DNA of 64,000 bases from Alphaproteobacteria bacterium (GTDB lineage: Bacteria; Pseudomonadota; Alphaproteobacteria; MPNO01). The notes under the pieces are model-generated. The model made no database searches and was not told the DNA's origin. It was given only the letters and a program-made list of their open reading frames with translations. A program made the translations under genes and the position numbers. Of this stretch, positions 1 through 13,602 are shown piece after piece. How positions within the stretch are numbered: position 1 is the first letter of the stretch; every line of letters starts with the position of its first letter. The stretch spans positions 4,358,011 to 4,422,010 of the forward strand of contig OZ220750.1 in assembly GCA_965117055.1 (NCBI GenBank), written 5' to 3'.

Positions 1-166
1 CGATCACCTTGAAGGACAGGCCGAGGAGGCTGCCGTCGCCTTCGCGTCGGTCGCGCGTTACTCCGGGAGTCGGATGGACGAGCGCCTGGCGGCGGCCGAC
101 GAGGCGGTTGAAAAGGGTCGACTTGCCGACATTGGGCCGCCCGACGATGGCGACTGTGAACGGCAT
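1..166 (-). CDS. der: GTPase Der (EngA), N-terminal 55 codons; gene continues past window start
   Basis: Reverse translation [43 protein letters not shown] with P-loop GRPNVGKS; its ATG overlaps the bamB stop (TGATG). Confidence 0.9.
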   Translation of the reverse strand, partial: MPFTVAIVGRPNVGKSTLFNRLVGRRQALVHPTPGVTRDRREGDGSLLGLSFKVI

Positions 167-1512
167 CACCTGAGCGCGATCAGCTCCGCGTCCTCGGTCA
201 GCAGGAACACCGTTTCTCCGGCGACCGCGGGCCCGATGAAAACCGAATCCGGCACTTCCACGCGGCCGAGCGGCTCGCCGGTATAGGGCGAGACGGACCA
301 GACCTCGCCGTCGCTGCTGGCGATGAGGAGCCGGTCGCTCGCCAGAACCGGGCCGGACCAGTGGATGGGGCCGGTCCTGTCCTCCTCGTCCTCGAATTGC
401 GGCAGCGCGCGAACCCAGCGCACCCGCCCGTCGGCGCGCGACAGGCAGACGAGCTGGCTGTCGTTGGAAACCAGGTAGACGAACTCTCCCGCGACCCAGG
501 CGGTGTAGGTGCCCCCGACCCGCTGCTCCCACAATCGGCGGCCCGTCCTCAGATCGATCGCCACCGTTCGACCGCTATTGCTCACGCCGATCACCCGACC
601 GCGGTCGATCACCGGCATTGCGCGGACATGCGCCAGGCTGGAGACGGGATCGGATTGACGGAGCGCCACCAGGCGGTCGGACCACAGCTCTCGCCCGTTG
701 GCCGCGCGCAAAGCGACCACCGCTCCGGAAGAGAACGGCGCCACGACGATCCCGCCGTCGACGGCGGGAGAGGCGCCGCCGGCCAGCCCGGCGGGCTCGG
801 CGATTTCCTCATGCGACCACAGGACCCGGCCCGAGGCGGCGTCGAGCGCGACGAGCTCGTTCGACAGGGTCACGACGAACACCCGGCCGCCGCGCGCGGT
901 GGGCGCCGCGCGAATCGGGTTGGACAGCCTGCGTCGCCACAACTCGGTTCCCGTCGCGGCGTCGAGAGCGAAGACCTGGGCGAAGCCGGTGGTGACGTAG
1001 AGCCTGCCCTCGGCGACCGCGAGCCCTCCGCCGAGGGTTCCGTCTTCCCGGGTCTCGTCCCCGAGCTCCCGGTTCCACAGGAACGACCCGTCGTCGAGAT
1101 CGAACACCCGCACCTCGGCGTCGACATCGAGGGTATAGACCCTGCCCTTGGCCACGACCGGCTGCGCCAGGAGTTGCCCGTCGTCGCCGGAACCGCGCCC
1201 GATGTCCACGCGCCAGCGCAAATCGAGCGAACCGGGCGCGGCCAGGTGATGCATCGCGTGGCTGGGGAGCCCGCCCGCTTGAGGCCAGTTCGCGTTGGCC
1301 GCGGGCGGCGGCAGGGCGACTTGCAGCCGGGCGATCCGGGGGTCGGGGGCGAGCGTCTCCTCAAGGCCGACGACGGGCAGGCGCTCGCCGGGCAGCGGCG
1401 GGTCTTCCGCTTCGCCGAAAAATCCGCCGCCGCACCCCGCGGTCAGCAGCAGCGTTCCGACCGCCCCCGCGCGCAAGACCTTTCGCATGCCTGCCATGCC
1501 GGACGGCATCAT
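166..1512 (-). CDS. bamB: Outer-membrane assembly lipoprotein BamB (PQQ-like beta-propeller)
   Basis: C-terminal 448 aa of ORF 166..2226; signal peptide plus lipobox [19 protein letters not shown]; repeated propeller blades; ATGA overlap with upstream gene; alternative start 1488. Confidence 0.85.
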   Translation of the reverse strand: MMPSGMAGMRKVLRAGAVGTLLLTAGCGGGFFGEAEDPPLPGERLPVVGLEETLAPDPRIARLQVALPPPAANANWPQAGGLPSHAMHHLAAPGSLDLRWRVDIGRGSGDDGQLLAQPVVAKGRVYTLDVDAEVRVFDLDDGSFLWNRELGDETREDGTLGGGLAVAEGRLYVTTGFAQVFALDAATGTELWRRRLSNPIRAAPTARGGRVFVVTLSNELVALDAASGRVLWSHEEIAEPAGLAGGASPAVDGGIVVAPFSSGAVVALRAANGRELWSDRLVALRQSDPVSSLAHVRAMPVIDRGRVIGVSNSGRTVAIDLRTGRRLWEQRVGGTYTAWVAGEFVYLVSNDSQLVCLSRADGRVRWVRALPQFEDEEDRTGPIHWSGPVLASDRLLIASSDGEVWSVSPYTGEPLGRVEVPDSVFIGPAVAGETVFLLTEDAELIALR

Positions 1513-2162
1513 GTGCCGGCGACCATTCTCAGCAGATGGGTGGCGCGCAGGCGCACATTCGGCGGCGCGTCGGCGTCGTCGACGATTCTCTGGAAATAGG
1601 TCTTCGCCTGTTCCGGATCGCCGGCATTGCGGGCGATCAGGCCCAGGGTCTCCAGGGCCAGATGACGCCACGCACCGTCCGGTCTCGCGAGCGGCTCGAT
1701 ATCGGCCGCGATCTTCCCGGTATCCGCGCCCGGGGCGTCGAGCGCGTTCTGCGCCGCGAGCAGCATGGCGAGATCGCGCATCGGCCGGTCGATCGTATCG
1801 TCCGCGGCGAGCGCGCCGAAGGCGCGGGCCGCGCCTGCGCGATCGCCGGAAGATGCGCGGAGCGCGGCCGCATGAAAGCGGGCGAGGACGCCATAGGCGG
1901 TATCGGACTCGGCGCCGAGCGCGCTGAACAGCGCCTCGGCGTCGCCGGTCTTGCCTTCCTCGGCGAGTGTCTTGGCGACCGAGAATTTGGCTCCCGCCTC
2001 GAGCTGCTGGTCGGTCCGGTATTCCTGCCAGCCCGTATAGGCGGCGATCCCCAGCACCACGACCACCGCGCCTCCGATGACGTATTTGCCGTAGCGCCGC
2101 CAGAGCTTTTCCGCCCGCTCCTGGCGCAGCTCCTCGTCGATCTCGCGAAAGATGTCGGCCAC
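1509..2162 (-). CDS. YfgM-like membrane-anchored TPR-like protein
   Basis: 217 aa with N-terminal TM helix (VIGGAVVVVLGIAAYTGW) followed by an Ala-rich helical domain; conserved position upstream of bamB-der. Confidence 0.7.
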   Translation of the reverse strand: MADIFREIDEELRQERAEKLWRRYGKYVIGGAVVVVLGIAAYTGWQEYRTDQQLEAGAKFSVAKTLAEEGKTGDAEALFSALGAESDTAYGVLARFHAAALRASSGDRAGAARAFGALAADDTIDRPMRDLAMLLAAQNALDAPGADTGKIAADIEPLARPDGAWRHLALETLGLIARNAGDPEQAKTYFQRIVDDADAPPNVRLRATHLLRMVAGT

Positions 2163-2373
2163 GCTCGGCCCTCCGCCGGGTCCGGTCCGTTTCGGCGGTC
2201 AGCACCGCCTGCGGTCCGCCGGGCAATGGGATTACAGCCTCGCGGCGAAAACCGCAACATTCGCGGCGGCCGCGACCGGAATACGGTCAAAGCGCTCTGG
2301 ACGGCGCCGCCCGAATAAGCGATATAGATAGGGTCACAAAACTGTCATCCCAAGGGGGCGCGGCGGCGGAAGA

Positions 2374-2706
2374 ATGGCGACGGTACTCGATTTTGGTGCC
2401 TACCGGCAGGAACCCAGATTCGTCTTTTTCGACCGCCACGACCTCAGCCGCCTTCTCACCCTCTACAGCCGCCGCGTCACCATGGGCGAATGGAAGGATT
2501 ACGCCATGGGCTCCGGCGACGGCATGGCGACGTTCTCGGTCTTCCGCCGCGCCTCCGACCGGCCGGCCTATACCGTGGTCAAGGTGGCGGCGGGCGACCG
2601 CGGCGAGACCGAGTACATGGTCTATGACGGCGCGCGGCGCCTTCGGCGGGGCGCCTCGCTGGGCGCGGTTCTCGAGCTGTTCGAGCCGAGGCTCCGGCTG
2701 GTCTGA
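2374..2706 (+). CDS. Small conserved protein (DUF2794-like, from memory)
   Basis: 110-aa ORF; motif FDRHDLSRLLTLYSRRVTMGEWKDYAM resembles the alphaproteobacterial DUF2794 family; clean intergenic context. Confidence 0.6.
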   Translation: MATVLDFGAYRQEPRFVFFDRHDLSRLLTLYSRRVTMGEWKDYAMGSGDGMATFSVFRRASDRPAYTVVKVAAGDRGETEYMVYDGARRLRRGASLGAVLELFEPRLRLV

Positions 2707-2712
2707 CCGGCC

Positions 2713-3423
2713 TCACTCGTCGATGAGGACGTGGCCGGTCGGCGTCCACTTGAAATAGGGCACCGGACCGTCGTCCCCGTTTCCGGCGACCTCCCCGAAG
2801 GAAGCGCCGAAATGGGTCAGCACTCTGCGGGTGATCTGGGCGAGTTCGAGCTTCAGCGCTTGCTCGACGGTAAACCATTTCAGCCCCAGCAGCTCTCCCG
2901 ACTCCCTTACCTCCCCCGTCACATGGTCGTGGGCCAGGACAAAGAACCGGGCGTTGAACCTGACCGGGCGGATCGGCGGCGTAACCGCGCGCGCAATGTA
3001 GGAAAGGGCGCCCAGCGCCGGTGCGAACCCCGCCCCGAAAAACCCCTCCCAACCGCGCGGCGGCGGAAGGCGGGGCTCGGGATCCGGCCCGCCGACGATC
3101 AGCCCGGTCTCTTCGAAGGTCTCGCGGATCGCGGCCACCGCCATCGCGCGCGCCCGCGCGGGGCTGAGCCGCCGTTCCAGCCGCGCCGAAGTCCCGGGAG
3201 CGAGCGGGGTCGCGCAGCGCACTCTCGAGTCCCGCGCGTCGATCCGCCCGCCCGGGAAGACGAATCGGTTGGGCATGAACCGATGCCTGGCGTGCCGCTC
3301 GCCCATCAGCACCTCCAGCACGCCGGCATTCTCCCGGTAGACGATCAGCGTCGCCGCGTCGCGCGGCCGCGCGAGGGGGTCGCCGGGCGCGCGCACCGGC
3401 GGCGGCGAGGGAGAGGAATTCAT
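2713..3423 (-). CDS. NUDIX hydrolase
   Basis: Nudix-box-like GGRIDARD...AAIRETFEETGL; start MNSSPSPP at 3423 forms an ATGA overlap with the fni stop. Confidence 0.8.
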   Translation of the reverse strand: MNSSPSPPPVRAPGDPLARPRDAATLIVYRENAGVLEVLMGERHARHRFMPNRFVFPGGRIDARDSRVRCATPLAPGTSARLERRLSPARARAMAVAAIRETFEETGLIVGGPDPEPRLPPPRGWEGFFGAGFAPALGALSYIARAVTPPIRPVRFNARFFVLAHDHVTGEVRESGELLGLKWFTVEQALKLELAQITRRVLTHFGASFGEVAGNGDDGPVPYFKWTPTGHVLIDE

Positions 3424-4523
3424 TGGCGTAGCGCTCGGCGGGGTATCGAGACCGTCCCGGAAATCCCGGATGGGAGCGCGGGCACGGCCTCCCAATCCGA
3501 TGTGCGTCTCAGGACCGCGCGGCGAAGCGCCTCGATATCGGGCGCGCCGACGCAGAACGCGGCGATCCTGAGCTCTTCGATCATCCGTGCCATGCGTTTC
3601 GCCGCCGCCCCGGCCGTGTCGACCCCATGCTCCAGCATCGGTGCCGCCGTGCCGACCAGCGAGGCCCCGAGCCGGATCGCCTTGGCCGCGTCGACACCGT
3701 CCCGGATGCCGCCGCTCGCGAAGACCGGGCTGTCGGGGACCGCCCGTACGACGTCGATCAGGGCGGCGGCCGTCGGGATCCCCCATCCGGCGAAGCTGTG
3801 CGCCACGGCCCGGAGCTCGGGATCGGACTGGCGGTGGGCCTCGACCTCGCTCCAGCTGGTGCCCCCCGCCCCCGAGACATCGACCGCCGCGAGCCCGCAA
3901 TCCACCAGTCGGGCGGCAACGGCAGCCCCTATACCGTTGCCCACCTCCTTGCCGACGATCGGAACGTCGAGCGATGCGGCGAGCTCCTCGACCTTGCGGT
4001 AGAGCCCGGTCCAGTCGCGGTCGCCGCCCGCCTGCACGGCCTCCTGCAGGGGGTTGAAATGGAGGAACAACGCGTCCGCGCCGATCGTCTCGACCGCGCG
4101 CCGCGCCTCGTCCGCGCCGTAGCCGTGGTTGAGCTGAACGGCGCCCAGATTGGCGAAGAGCAGGATGTTGGGGGCAACGTCGCGCACCCCGTAGGAAGCG
4201 ACCAGTGCCGGCTGTTCGATCATCGCGCGCTGGGAGCCGACGCCCATCGCGATGCCGAGAGACTCGGCGGCGGCGGCGAGGTTGCGGTTGATGTCCCGCG
4301 CGCGTTCCGTCCCGCCCGTCATGCTGGCGATCAGCAGCGGCGCCTTCAGGCGACGCCCGAACAGCCGCGTCGAAAGATCGACCGAGCCGAGATCGAGCTC
4401 GGGGAGGGCGACGTGCTCGAAGAAGAACCGCTCGAAACCCGTCGACACCCCCTTGCCGGAGACATCCTCCCCAAGGACGGTGTCGATATGCTCCTTCTTG
4501 CGGGTTTCGATATCGCCGCTCAT
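3420..4523 (-). CDS. fni: Type 2 isopentenyl-diphosphate delta-isomerase (FMN-dependent)
   Basis: 367 aa; TIM-barrel IDI-2 signatures MTGGT, GKEVGNG, SGAGGTSW, ASGGIRDG. Confidence 0.9.
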   Translation of the reverse strand: MSGDIETRKKEHIDTVLGEDVSGKGVSTGFERFFFEHVALPELDLGSVDLSTRLFGRRLKAPLLIASMTGGTERARDINRNLAAAAESLGIAMGVGSQRAMIEQPALVASYGVRDVAPNILLFANLGAVQLNHGYGADEARRAVETIGADALFLHFNPLQEAVQAGGDRDWTGLYRKVEELAASLDVPIVGKEVGNGIGAAVAARLVDCGLAAVDVSGAGGTSWSEVEAHRQSDPELRAVAHSFAGWGIPTAAALIDVVRAVPDSPVFASGGIRDGVDAAKAIRLGASLVGTAAPMLEHGVDTAGAAAKRMARMIEELRIAAFCVGAPDIEALRRAVLRRTSDWEAVPALPSGISGTVSIPRRALRQ

Positions 4524-4529
4524 CGCACC

Positions 4530-5339
4530 TCAGCCGGCGACGAGGCGCACCGTCTGCCACTCCTCGTCGAGCGCATCGAGATCGACATTCGCCGCGTCGT
4601 TAAGCGGCGCCATGTACCGCCCGGCGAACGAAACCTCGAGCCCGTCCTCGGCGAACGGGTAGGGATCGAGCGCATAGCTGGCGCCGTCGCGCGGGGTGAG
4701 CGCGACGGTGACGTCCTCGTGCCGCGACCTCGGCACGTGGGTGAAGGTCTGGGGCTTGCGGTCGGCCGCGCCGTTGCAGTTGAAGTAGAGCGCCATGGTG
4801 TCGAAGAACTGCAGCTGCTTGTAGTTCTGCATCACCTGGGCCTCGTCCACCCAGGAAACGGTATCGGGATTCTCCGCGAGCGCGTGCTTGAGGCGGGCCT
4901 GGCGTTCCAGCTCCCCGTTCAGCATGCCCTCCGCCGTGGCCCGGTTTTCCGCCGCGAGGTTGTCCAGCAGGACATGATCCGACATGCCGTAGCGGCCGTT
5001 GTAGAGGCCCCAGCTGTGCATGCTCGACAACAAGCCGCAATAGGCGTGGTGGCGGCTGTTGAAGTCGGGCGAGGCGGCGGAGGTCTTGACGATCTCCGAG
5101 AACGGCGTCTGGACGAGGTTGTAGGGCAGCCCGGTCGCCGGGTCGATCCTTCCCTCCGCGTCGAGATCCGCCCAGCCGGCATCGTGGTGGTCGACGATGT
5201 AGAGCACCGCTTCGCGCGGCTCGACCGGCTCGAACCCGTCATTGCCGAAGGCGCGCGCGAGTTGCCCGGCGAAGGTCGTGTGCTGGGCCATCGTGATGAC
5301 GAAACGCGGCTCTTCGGGGGGTGCGCTCTGGACGATCAT
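4530..5339 (-). CDS. DUF3891-like protein
   Basis: Start MIVQSAPPEE at 5339; motif AQHTTFAGQLA...IVDHHDAGWADLD recalls DUF3891; the upstream part of ORF 4530..5480 runs into a REP element. Confidence 0.6.
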   Translation of the reverse strand: MIVQSAPPEEPRFVITMAQHTTFAGQLARAFGNDGFEPVEPREAVLYIVDHHDAGWADLDAEGRIDPATGLPYNLVQTPFSEIVKTSAASPDFNSRHHAYCGLLSSMHSWGLYNGRYGMSDHVLLDNLAAENRATAEGMLNGELERQARLKHALAENPDTVSWVDEAQVMQNYKQLQFFDTMALYFNCNGAADRKPQTFTHVPRSRHEDVTVALTPRDGASYALDPYPFAEDGLEVSFAGRYMAPLNDAANVDLDALDEEWQTVRLVAG

Positions 5340-5492
5340 CTCTCGGGCCTCCGGATGGGGTTTGCCCGGACTATAGCACGCCGCCGGGCGCGAACCGCTT
5401 CCCTGTTGTCGCCCCGGACGGAGCGAAGCGGAGATCCGGGGTCCGGGACACGGTCGGACGGTGCTGGCGTCCGCCGCCACCGCCCCAATTTG

Positions 5493-5606
5493 TCGTCATG
5501 CCCGGACTTGTTCCCGGCATCCACGTCCCTCCACCGCCTCGTCCGCCCCCCGCTCGCACCGCGATGCCGCAAGACGTGGATGCCCGGAACAAGTCCGGGC
5601 ATGACG
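5493..5606. repeat. REPIN-like inverted doublet, family 1 (GTCATGCCCGGACTTGTTCCCGGCATCCACGTC)
   Basis: Left arm 5493-5527 and right arm 5573-5606 are near reverse complements; second copy at 44459-44573. Confidence 0.85.
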
Positions 5607-5646
5607 TGGTGGGGAAAGCGGGGCGACACCGGGGCACCGGACGCGC

Positions 5647-7203
5647 CTACTCCCACTCGATGGTGCCGGGCGGTTTCGAGGTCACGTCGTAGACCACCCG
5701 GTTGATGCCGCGAACCTCGTTGACGATCCGGGTGCCGATGCGCGCGATGGTCGCGTGGTCGAACGGGTAGCTGTCCGCCGTCATGCCGTCGGTGGACACC
5801 ACGGCGCGCAACGCGCACACCCGGTCGTAGCTCCGCTCGTCGCCCATCACGCCGACCGTGCGGACCGGCAGCAGCACCGCGAAAGCCTGCCAGATTTCGT
5901 CGTAGAGTCCGGCCGAGCGCAGCTCTTCGAGATAGATCGCGTCGGCCCGGCGCAGGATGTCGAGACTTTCCTCGGTGACTTCTCCGGGGATGCGGATCGC
6001 CAGACCCGGCCCCGGGAACGGATGCCGCCCTATCATGGTCTCGGGCAGGCCAAGCGTCCGCCCTAGCTCCCGCACCTCGTCCTTGAAGAGCTCGCGGAGC
6101 GGCTCGACCAGCGCCATGTCCATGCGCTCGGGCAGACCGCCGACATTGTGATGCGACTTGATTACCGCGCTGGGCCCGCCGGTCACCGAGACGGACTCGA
6201 TGACGTCGGGGTAGAGGGTGCCCTGGGCGAGGAATTCGGCGCCGCCCGCCGCCTCCGCCTCGGCCGCGAACACGTCGATGAACACGGCGCCGATGCGCTT
6301 CCTCTTCTCTTCCGGGTCGGTGACGCCCGCCAGCTCGCCGAGAAAGCGTTCCCTCGCGTCGACCGCGCGGAGCGGGATGTTGTAATGGCCGCGGAAGAGC
6401 TCGACCACCGATTCCGTCTCGCCGGCCCGCATCAGGCCGGTATCGACATAGACGCAGAAGAACCGCTCTCCCACCGCTTCGTGAAGCAGCACGGCGGTGA
6501 CGGCGCTGTCGACGCCGCCCGAGAGTCCGCAGACGACGCGCCCGTCCCCGACCTGCTCGCGCACCCGCTCGATCGCCCGGTCGCGATAGGCGGACATGGT
6601 CCAGTCCCCGCCGCAGCCGGCGATCCGGTGGGTGAAGCTCCTGAGCAGCGCCGCCCCGTCCGGCGTGTGGACGACCTCCGGATGGAACTGGACGCCGTAA
6701 TAGCCGCGGGCGTCGTCGGCGATCGCCGCGTAGGGCGCGCCTTCGCTGACGGCCGCGGGAGCGAATCCCTCGGGCAGCCGGGTTACCCGGTCGCCGTGGC
6801 TCATCCAGACCTGCGCGCGGTCGCCCTTCCGCCAGACATCCTCGAACAATCCGCAGGCCTCGGTCACGGTGAGTTCCGCGCGGCCGAACTCGCGTTCCTC
6901 GGCGCTCTGCACCGCCCCGCCGAGCGCCGCGCACATCGCCTGCTGGCCGTAGCAGATCCCGAGAACCGGAACGCCGAGGTCGAACACCGCGCCGGGGACC
7001 TGGGGCGCCTCTTCCCGCGTGATCGAGTCCGGCCCGCCCGAGAGCACCACGGCCTCGGGCGCAAAGTCCCGGATGGCGGCCTCGTCGTAAAACCACGGGT
7101 GAATTTCGCAGTAGACGCCGTTCTCGCGGATACGGCGCGCGATCAACTGCGTCACCTGGGAGCCGAAATCCAGGATCAGGACGGCCTCGCTGGAGCGCTC
7201 CAT
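5647..7203 (-). CDS. guaA: GMP synthase (glutamine-hydrolysing)
   Basis: 518 aa; GATase domain (ICYGQQ, HPE) plus ATP-PPase SGGVDS; C-terminal PPGTIEWE. Confidence 0.95.
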   Translation of the reverse strand: MERSSEAVLILDFGSQVTQLIARRIRENGVYCEIHPWFYDEAAIRDFAPEAVVLSGGPDSITREEAPQVPGAVFDLGVPVLGICYGQQAMCAALGGAVQSAEEREFGRAELTVTEACGLFEDVWRKGDRAQVWMSHGDRVTRLPEGFAPAAVSEGAPYAAIADDARGYYGVQFHPEVVHTPDGAALLRSFTHRIAGCGGDWTMSAYRDRAIERVREQVGDGRVVCGLSGGVDSAVTAVLLHEAVGERFFCVYVDTGLMRAGETESVVELFRGHYNIPLRAVDARERFLGELAGVTDPEEKRKRIGAVFIDVFAAEAEAAGGAEFLAQGTLYPDVIESVSVTGGPSAVIKSHHNVGGLPERMDMALVEPLRELFKDEVRELGRTLGLPETMIGRHPFPGPGLAIRIPGEVTEESLDILRRADAIYLEELRSAGLYDEIWQAFAVLLPVRTVGVMGDERSYDRVCALRAVVSTDGMTADSYPFDHATIARIGTRIVNEVRGINRVVYDVTSKPPGTIEWE

Positions 7204-7218
7204 CCGGGGTCGCCGTCC

Positions 7219-7758
7219 CTAACCCTGGGGCGCGGCGAGAACCGCGGCGTCGGGCCAGCCGAAGGCGAGCTCCTCGATGGCCGCGCCGCCAAGCGATCCC
7301 GCCCGGCGGCCGACAAGCCGTCCGCCCAGCGCCTCGTAGAAGTACCGCGCCGGGTTGCCAGCCAGCACCCAGACGATCAACGACGGCCCCAGCGCGGCGG
7401 CGAGGTCGAGCGCGAGGCCGGAAAACAGACGCCGCCCGACGCCTCCGTCCTGACGATCGCCGTCGACATAGAGCGTGTAGACCTCGCTGTCATAGGCGAA
7501 TCCGCGCGCGCGGGCGGGGCCGCCGCCTGCGAATCCGATGACCCTGCCGTTCTCGGCCTCCGCGACCAAGGTCTTTTCGCCGGGCGTGGGATTCCGGATC
7601 GTCCGCGCCCAGCGTTCGGCCCGGCCCTCGGTGCGGCGCATGCCGACCAGGAGCTTGTCTGGCAACAGCCCGGGATAGGCGTCCTGCCAGCCGGCGACGT
7701 AGATCCGCGCGATCGCCGCGGAATCGCCGGGACGGGCGGGTCTCAGCAGCACCGTCAC
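7219..7758 (-). CDS. GNAT family N-acetyltransferase
   Basis: 179 aa; acetyl-CoA motif-A-like DGGVGRRLFSGL; lies between guaA and guaB. Confidence 0.8.
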   Translation of the reverse strand: MTVLLRPARPGDSAAIARIYVAGWQDAYPGLLPDKLLVGMRRTEGRAERWARTIRNPTPGEKTLVAEAENGRVIGFAGGGPARARGFAYDSEVYTLYVDGDRQDGGVGRRLFSGLALDLAAALGPSLIVWVLAGNPARYFYEALGGRLVGRRAGSLGGAAIEELAFGWPDAAVLAAPQG

Positions 7759-7764
7759 CGCGCC

Positions 7765-10866
<3,102 letters not shown>

Positions 10867-10874
<8 letters not shown>

Positions 10875-11376
10875 CTACTGCTCGCTCTTCGCTGGCGCCG
10901 GATGTTGCGAGCCGGGCTTCCACGAGCCCGATTCCCTTTTCAGACAAAGCCCAGACGCCACGCTTCGAATCCTTTCGGAGATGGCCGTCCCGAACCAGGA
11001 GAAAACGTGCCGTATGGATGGTATTCCACCAGCGTTCCTCGCCCGACGGGACGCGTTTGAAATCGTGAGGAAGCAGCCGCGCCTTCATACGTTCTCTCAT
11101 GGCCGGGCGCAGGTCTCGCACGCGCGCGGCGCCACCCAGTTCGTAGATAGCCTCTAGCAGCGGCACGAAAAACTCCTCCTCCGGTAGTTTGAGAAGGCGT
11201 TTACCGGTTGGTATCGACCGCCGCCCGGGATCCCGCCTGTTCGAGCCACCCTCGGCAAGGTAGCGCTCGGCAGCGTCCAAAGCTTTTCCAAGAGCCGAAT
11301 CCGCCGTGTCTTCCAACGGTTCCGCCCACACCTTCAGGCGGCGCATCGATTCGTCCGAAATGCGGATAGTCGGCAT
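10867..11376 (-). CDS. Winged-helix (Mrr_N-like) DNA-binding protein, co-operonic with Fic
   Basis: Start MPTIRISDES at 11376; LLEAIYELGGAARVRDL...WWNTIHTARFLLVRDGHLRKDSKRGVWALSEKG resembles the Mrr N-terminal wHTH; 8-nt overlap with the Fic start. Confidence 0.65.
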
Positions 11377-11415
11377 TCCACTGCCCCTTTTCGCCGGACT
11401 GCACGAGCTATGTCG

Positions 11416-11450
11416 GTAACAATAGTACAATATCACATTGTTACAATCAA
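11416..11450 (-). promoter_or_regulatory. Putative sigma70 promoter with overlapping operator palindrome for the wHTH-Fic operon
   Basis: Minus strand TTGATT-N17-TACTAT; inverted repeat GTAACAAT-N13-ATTGTTAC (11416-11423 / 11437-11444) spans the spacer. Confidence 0.4.
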
Positions 11451-11478
11451 AATCCAAGTCGAAGAATCTGCCGGCACC

Positions 11479-12180
11479 TCACCCCTCCCCGCCACCCCGG
11501 AATCCGCGGGCGACGAGGTAGAGCTCGGCGGATTCCGGGCGCGAGGCGGCGGGCTTGACACTGCGCACCTCGCGGAAGGCGCGCTTGAGCTCGGCCACGA
11601 AGCCGGCGTCGCCGCCTCCGTGGAACGCCTTGACCACGAACGCCCCGCCCGGCTTGAGCACGCGGCTCGCGACATCGAAGGCGAGCTCGGCGAGGCGCCG
11701 GTTGCGGATCTGGTCGGTGCTGCGGTGGCCGGTGGCGGCGATCGCCATGTCGGAAAGCACCAGGTCGACTTGGCCCGCGAGGCCGTCGATCAGCGTCTCC
11801 GCCGCCGCCTCGTCGTCGAGATCCACGAGCCGCGTCTCGGCGCCCGGCACGGGGTCCATCTCCGCGCGGTCGACGGCGACGACGCTGCCGCCGGCGGCGC
11901 GGTCCGCGGCGACCTGCGTCCAGCCCCCCGGCGCGGCGCCAAGGTCGAGAACCGCCGCGCCGGGACGCAACAGGGCGAACTTGTCGTCGATCTCGACCAG
12001 CTTCCAGGCGGCGCGCGAACGATAGCCGTGCTTCGCGGCGGCGGCGACATAGGGATCGTTGAGCTGGCGCCGCAGCCATCGCGTGGAGGAGGGCTTGCGC
12101 CCTTTGGCCGTCCTGACGCGGACGGTCGCCTGCCGCCCCCCGACCTTCTTGCCCCTCCCCTTCCGGTCACGCCCGGCCAT
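11479..12180 (-). CDS. rlmE: 23S rRNA (uridine2552-2'-O)-methyltransferase RlmE/FtsJ
   Basis: SSTRWLRRQLNDPYV, SAM motif VLDLGAAPGGW, DLVLSDMA; start chosen at MAGRDRKGRG (ORF extends to 12210). Confidence 0.85.
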   Translation of the reverse strand: MAGRDRKGRGKKVGGRQATVRVRTAKGRKPSSTRWLRRQLNDPYVAAAAKHGYRSRAAWKLVEIDDKFALLRPGAAVLDLGAAPGGWTQVAADRAAGGSVVAVDRAEMDPVPGAETRLVDLDDEAAAETLIDGLAGQVDLVLSDMAIAATGHRSTDQIRNRRLAELAFDVASRVLKPGGAFVVKAFHGGGDAGFVAELKRAFREVRSVKPAASRPESAELYLVARGFRGGGEG

Positions 12181-13210
12181 GCGCGGGACCGGTGCCGAGC
12201 TCGGCGGCAAGCTGGAGCAGGATTCCTTCCCTTACGCCGCGGTCGGCGACGCGAAGCCGTCCCGCCGGCCAGGTCCGGCAGATCGCTTCCAGAACCGCGC
12301 AGCCGGCGACCACGAGGTCGGCGCGTCCGGCGCCGATGGACGGGTGCGCGGCGCGTTCCGCGTAGGTCGAGCGGGACAGCCGGCCGCTGACCTGGTGAAT
12401 TTCGTCGAAGGTGAGATAGGAGCCGTCGACGACGGCGCGGTCGTAGCGTTTGAGGCCGAGATTGACGCCGGCGATCGTGGTCACCGTTCCCGCGGTCCCG
12501 AGCATCTGCATCTCGCCCCGCTCGATCCTGCGGCGAATGCCGTGCTCCTCGTCGAACGGCGCCAACATGGCGGCAATCTCGGCCACCGTGGCCTGGTATT
12601 CCCCGGCCGAGAAATCGCTCGGGCCGTGCCGTTCCGTCAGGGTGACGACGCCGACCGGCAGCGATATCCAGCCGAGGATGTCGGGCGCGCCGTTGCCGGA
12701 GAGCCTGAGCCAGACGATCTCGGCGCTGCCCCCTCCGACGTCGAAGATCAGCCCGTAGGGAACCGACGGATCGAACAGCGGCAGGCAACCCATCAGGGTG
12801 AGACGGGCTTCCTCGCGCGAGGAGATGATGTCGAGCTCGATTCCGGTCTCGCGCGCCACCCGGGCGAGGAAGCCGGTGCAGTTGGCGGCCCGCCGCGCCG
12901 CCTCGGTGGCGACATAGCGGGCGCGCGCGACCCGGTGACGGCGGATCTTCGCGGCGCACACGTTGAGCGCGTCGACCGTGCGGCCGATCGCCATCTCGCA
13001 GAGCTCGCCCGTGGCTTCGAGCCCCTGTCCGAGCCGGACGATGCGGGAGAAACCGTCGATCACCGTAAACCCGTCCGCGCTCGGTCTCGCGATCAGCAAC
13101 CGGCAGTTGTTCGTGCCGAGGTCGAGGGCGGCAATGGTGCGGCCCCGGCGGCGGCGCCTGCCCGCCTGCGTCCGGGGAGATCGCGTTCTGTGCCCTGGCC
13201 AATCGTCCAC
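12167..13210 (-). CDS. Ppx/GppA family phosphatase
   Basis: IAALDLGTNNCRLLIA, FDVGGGSAEIV, LGTAGTVTT (ASKHA fold); no in-frame ATG, so GTG at 13210 is proposed and the start is uncertain. Confidence 0.75.
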   Translation of the reverse strand: MDDWPGHRTRSPRTQAGRRRRRGRTIAALDLGTNNCRLLIARPSADGFTVIDGFSRIVRLGQGLEATGELCEMAIGRTVDALNVCAAKIRRHRVARARYVATEAARRAANCTGFLARVARETGIELDIISSREEARLTLMGCLPLFDPSVPYGLIFDVGGGSAEIVWLRLSGNGAPDILGWISLPVGVVTLTERHGPSDFSAGEYQATVAEIAAMLAPFDEEHGIRRRIERGEMQMLGTAGTVTTIAGVNLGLKRYDRAVVDGSYLTFDEIHQVSGRLSRSTYAERAAHPSIGAGRADLVVAGCAVLEAICRTWPAGRLRVADRGVREGILLQLAAELGTGPAHGRA

Positions 13211-13339
13211 GTCCGTCGCCCCTCCACGGCCAAATTCTACAGGCAACGTTAGATATCGAACAATCGGCGAGCGGGGCGGTCGGACACACGACCTTGATCG
13301 GCCACCGAATGGCGCTATTCTCTGCCCCGCCGAAGCTGC

Positions 13340-13413
13340 TGGGGGATAGTTTAACGGTAGAACTCTCGGCTCTGACCCGAGCAGTCCTGGTTCGAATCCA
13401 GGTCCCCCAGCCA
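13340..13413 (+). tRNA. tRNA-Gln (anticodon CUG)
   Basis: Hand-folded cloverleaf: acceptor TGGGGGA/TCCCCCA, anticodon stem CTCGG/CCGAG, loop CTCTGAC, T-arm CCTGG-TTCGAAT-CCAGG, 3' GCCA. Confidence 0.9.
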
Positions 13414-13502
13414 GATCCCGTTCTTCCAGGGATTTTCCCGGTCTTTGCCCGGCGAGCGCTTGGACGGCTCCGTTTGGTTGGAACCGCTTCATCCGCCCTC
13501 TT

Positions 13503-13534
13503 CCGTCATGGTCGGCCTTCGCCGACCATGACGG
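13503..13534. repeat. Single REP hairpin, family 2 (CCGTCATGGTCGGC-cttc-GCCGACCATGACGG)
   Basis: Perfect 14-bp palindrome downstream of tRNA-Gln; same core as the doublets at 19.6 and 24.6 kb. Confidence 0.85.
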
Positions 13535-13602
13535 TGAGGAGACAGGGGTAAAGGCGGTTCTATCTGAAACGGACACGCTATAGCGGCCCGGGCGTTCCCG
13601 GG

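Noticed and set aside
13340-13602. tRNA-Gln as an integration hotspot with an adjacent island
   Set aside because: No integrase, direct repeat of the tRNA 3' end or foreign-composition DNA follows. Only a REP hairpin and the ABC operon are present.
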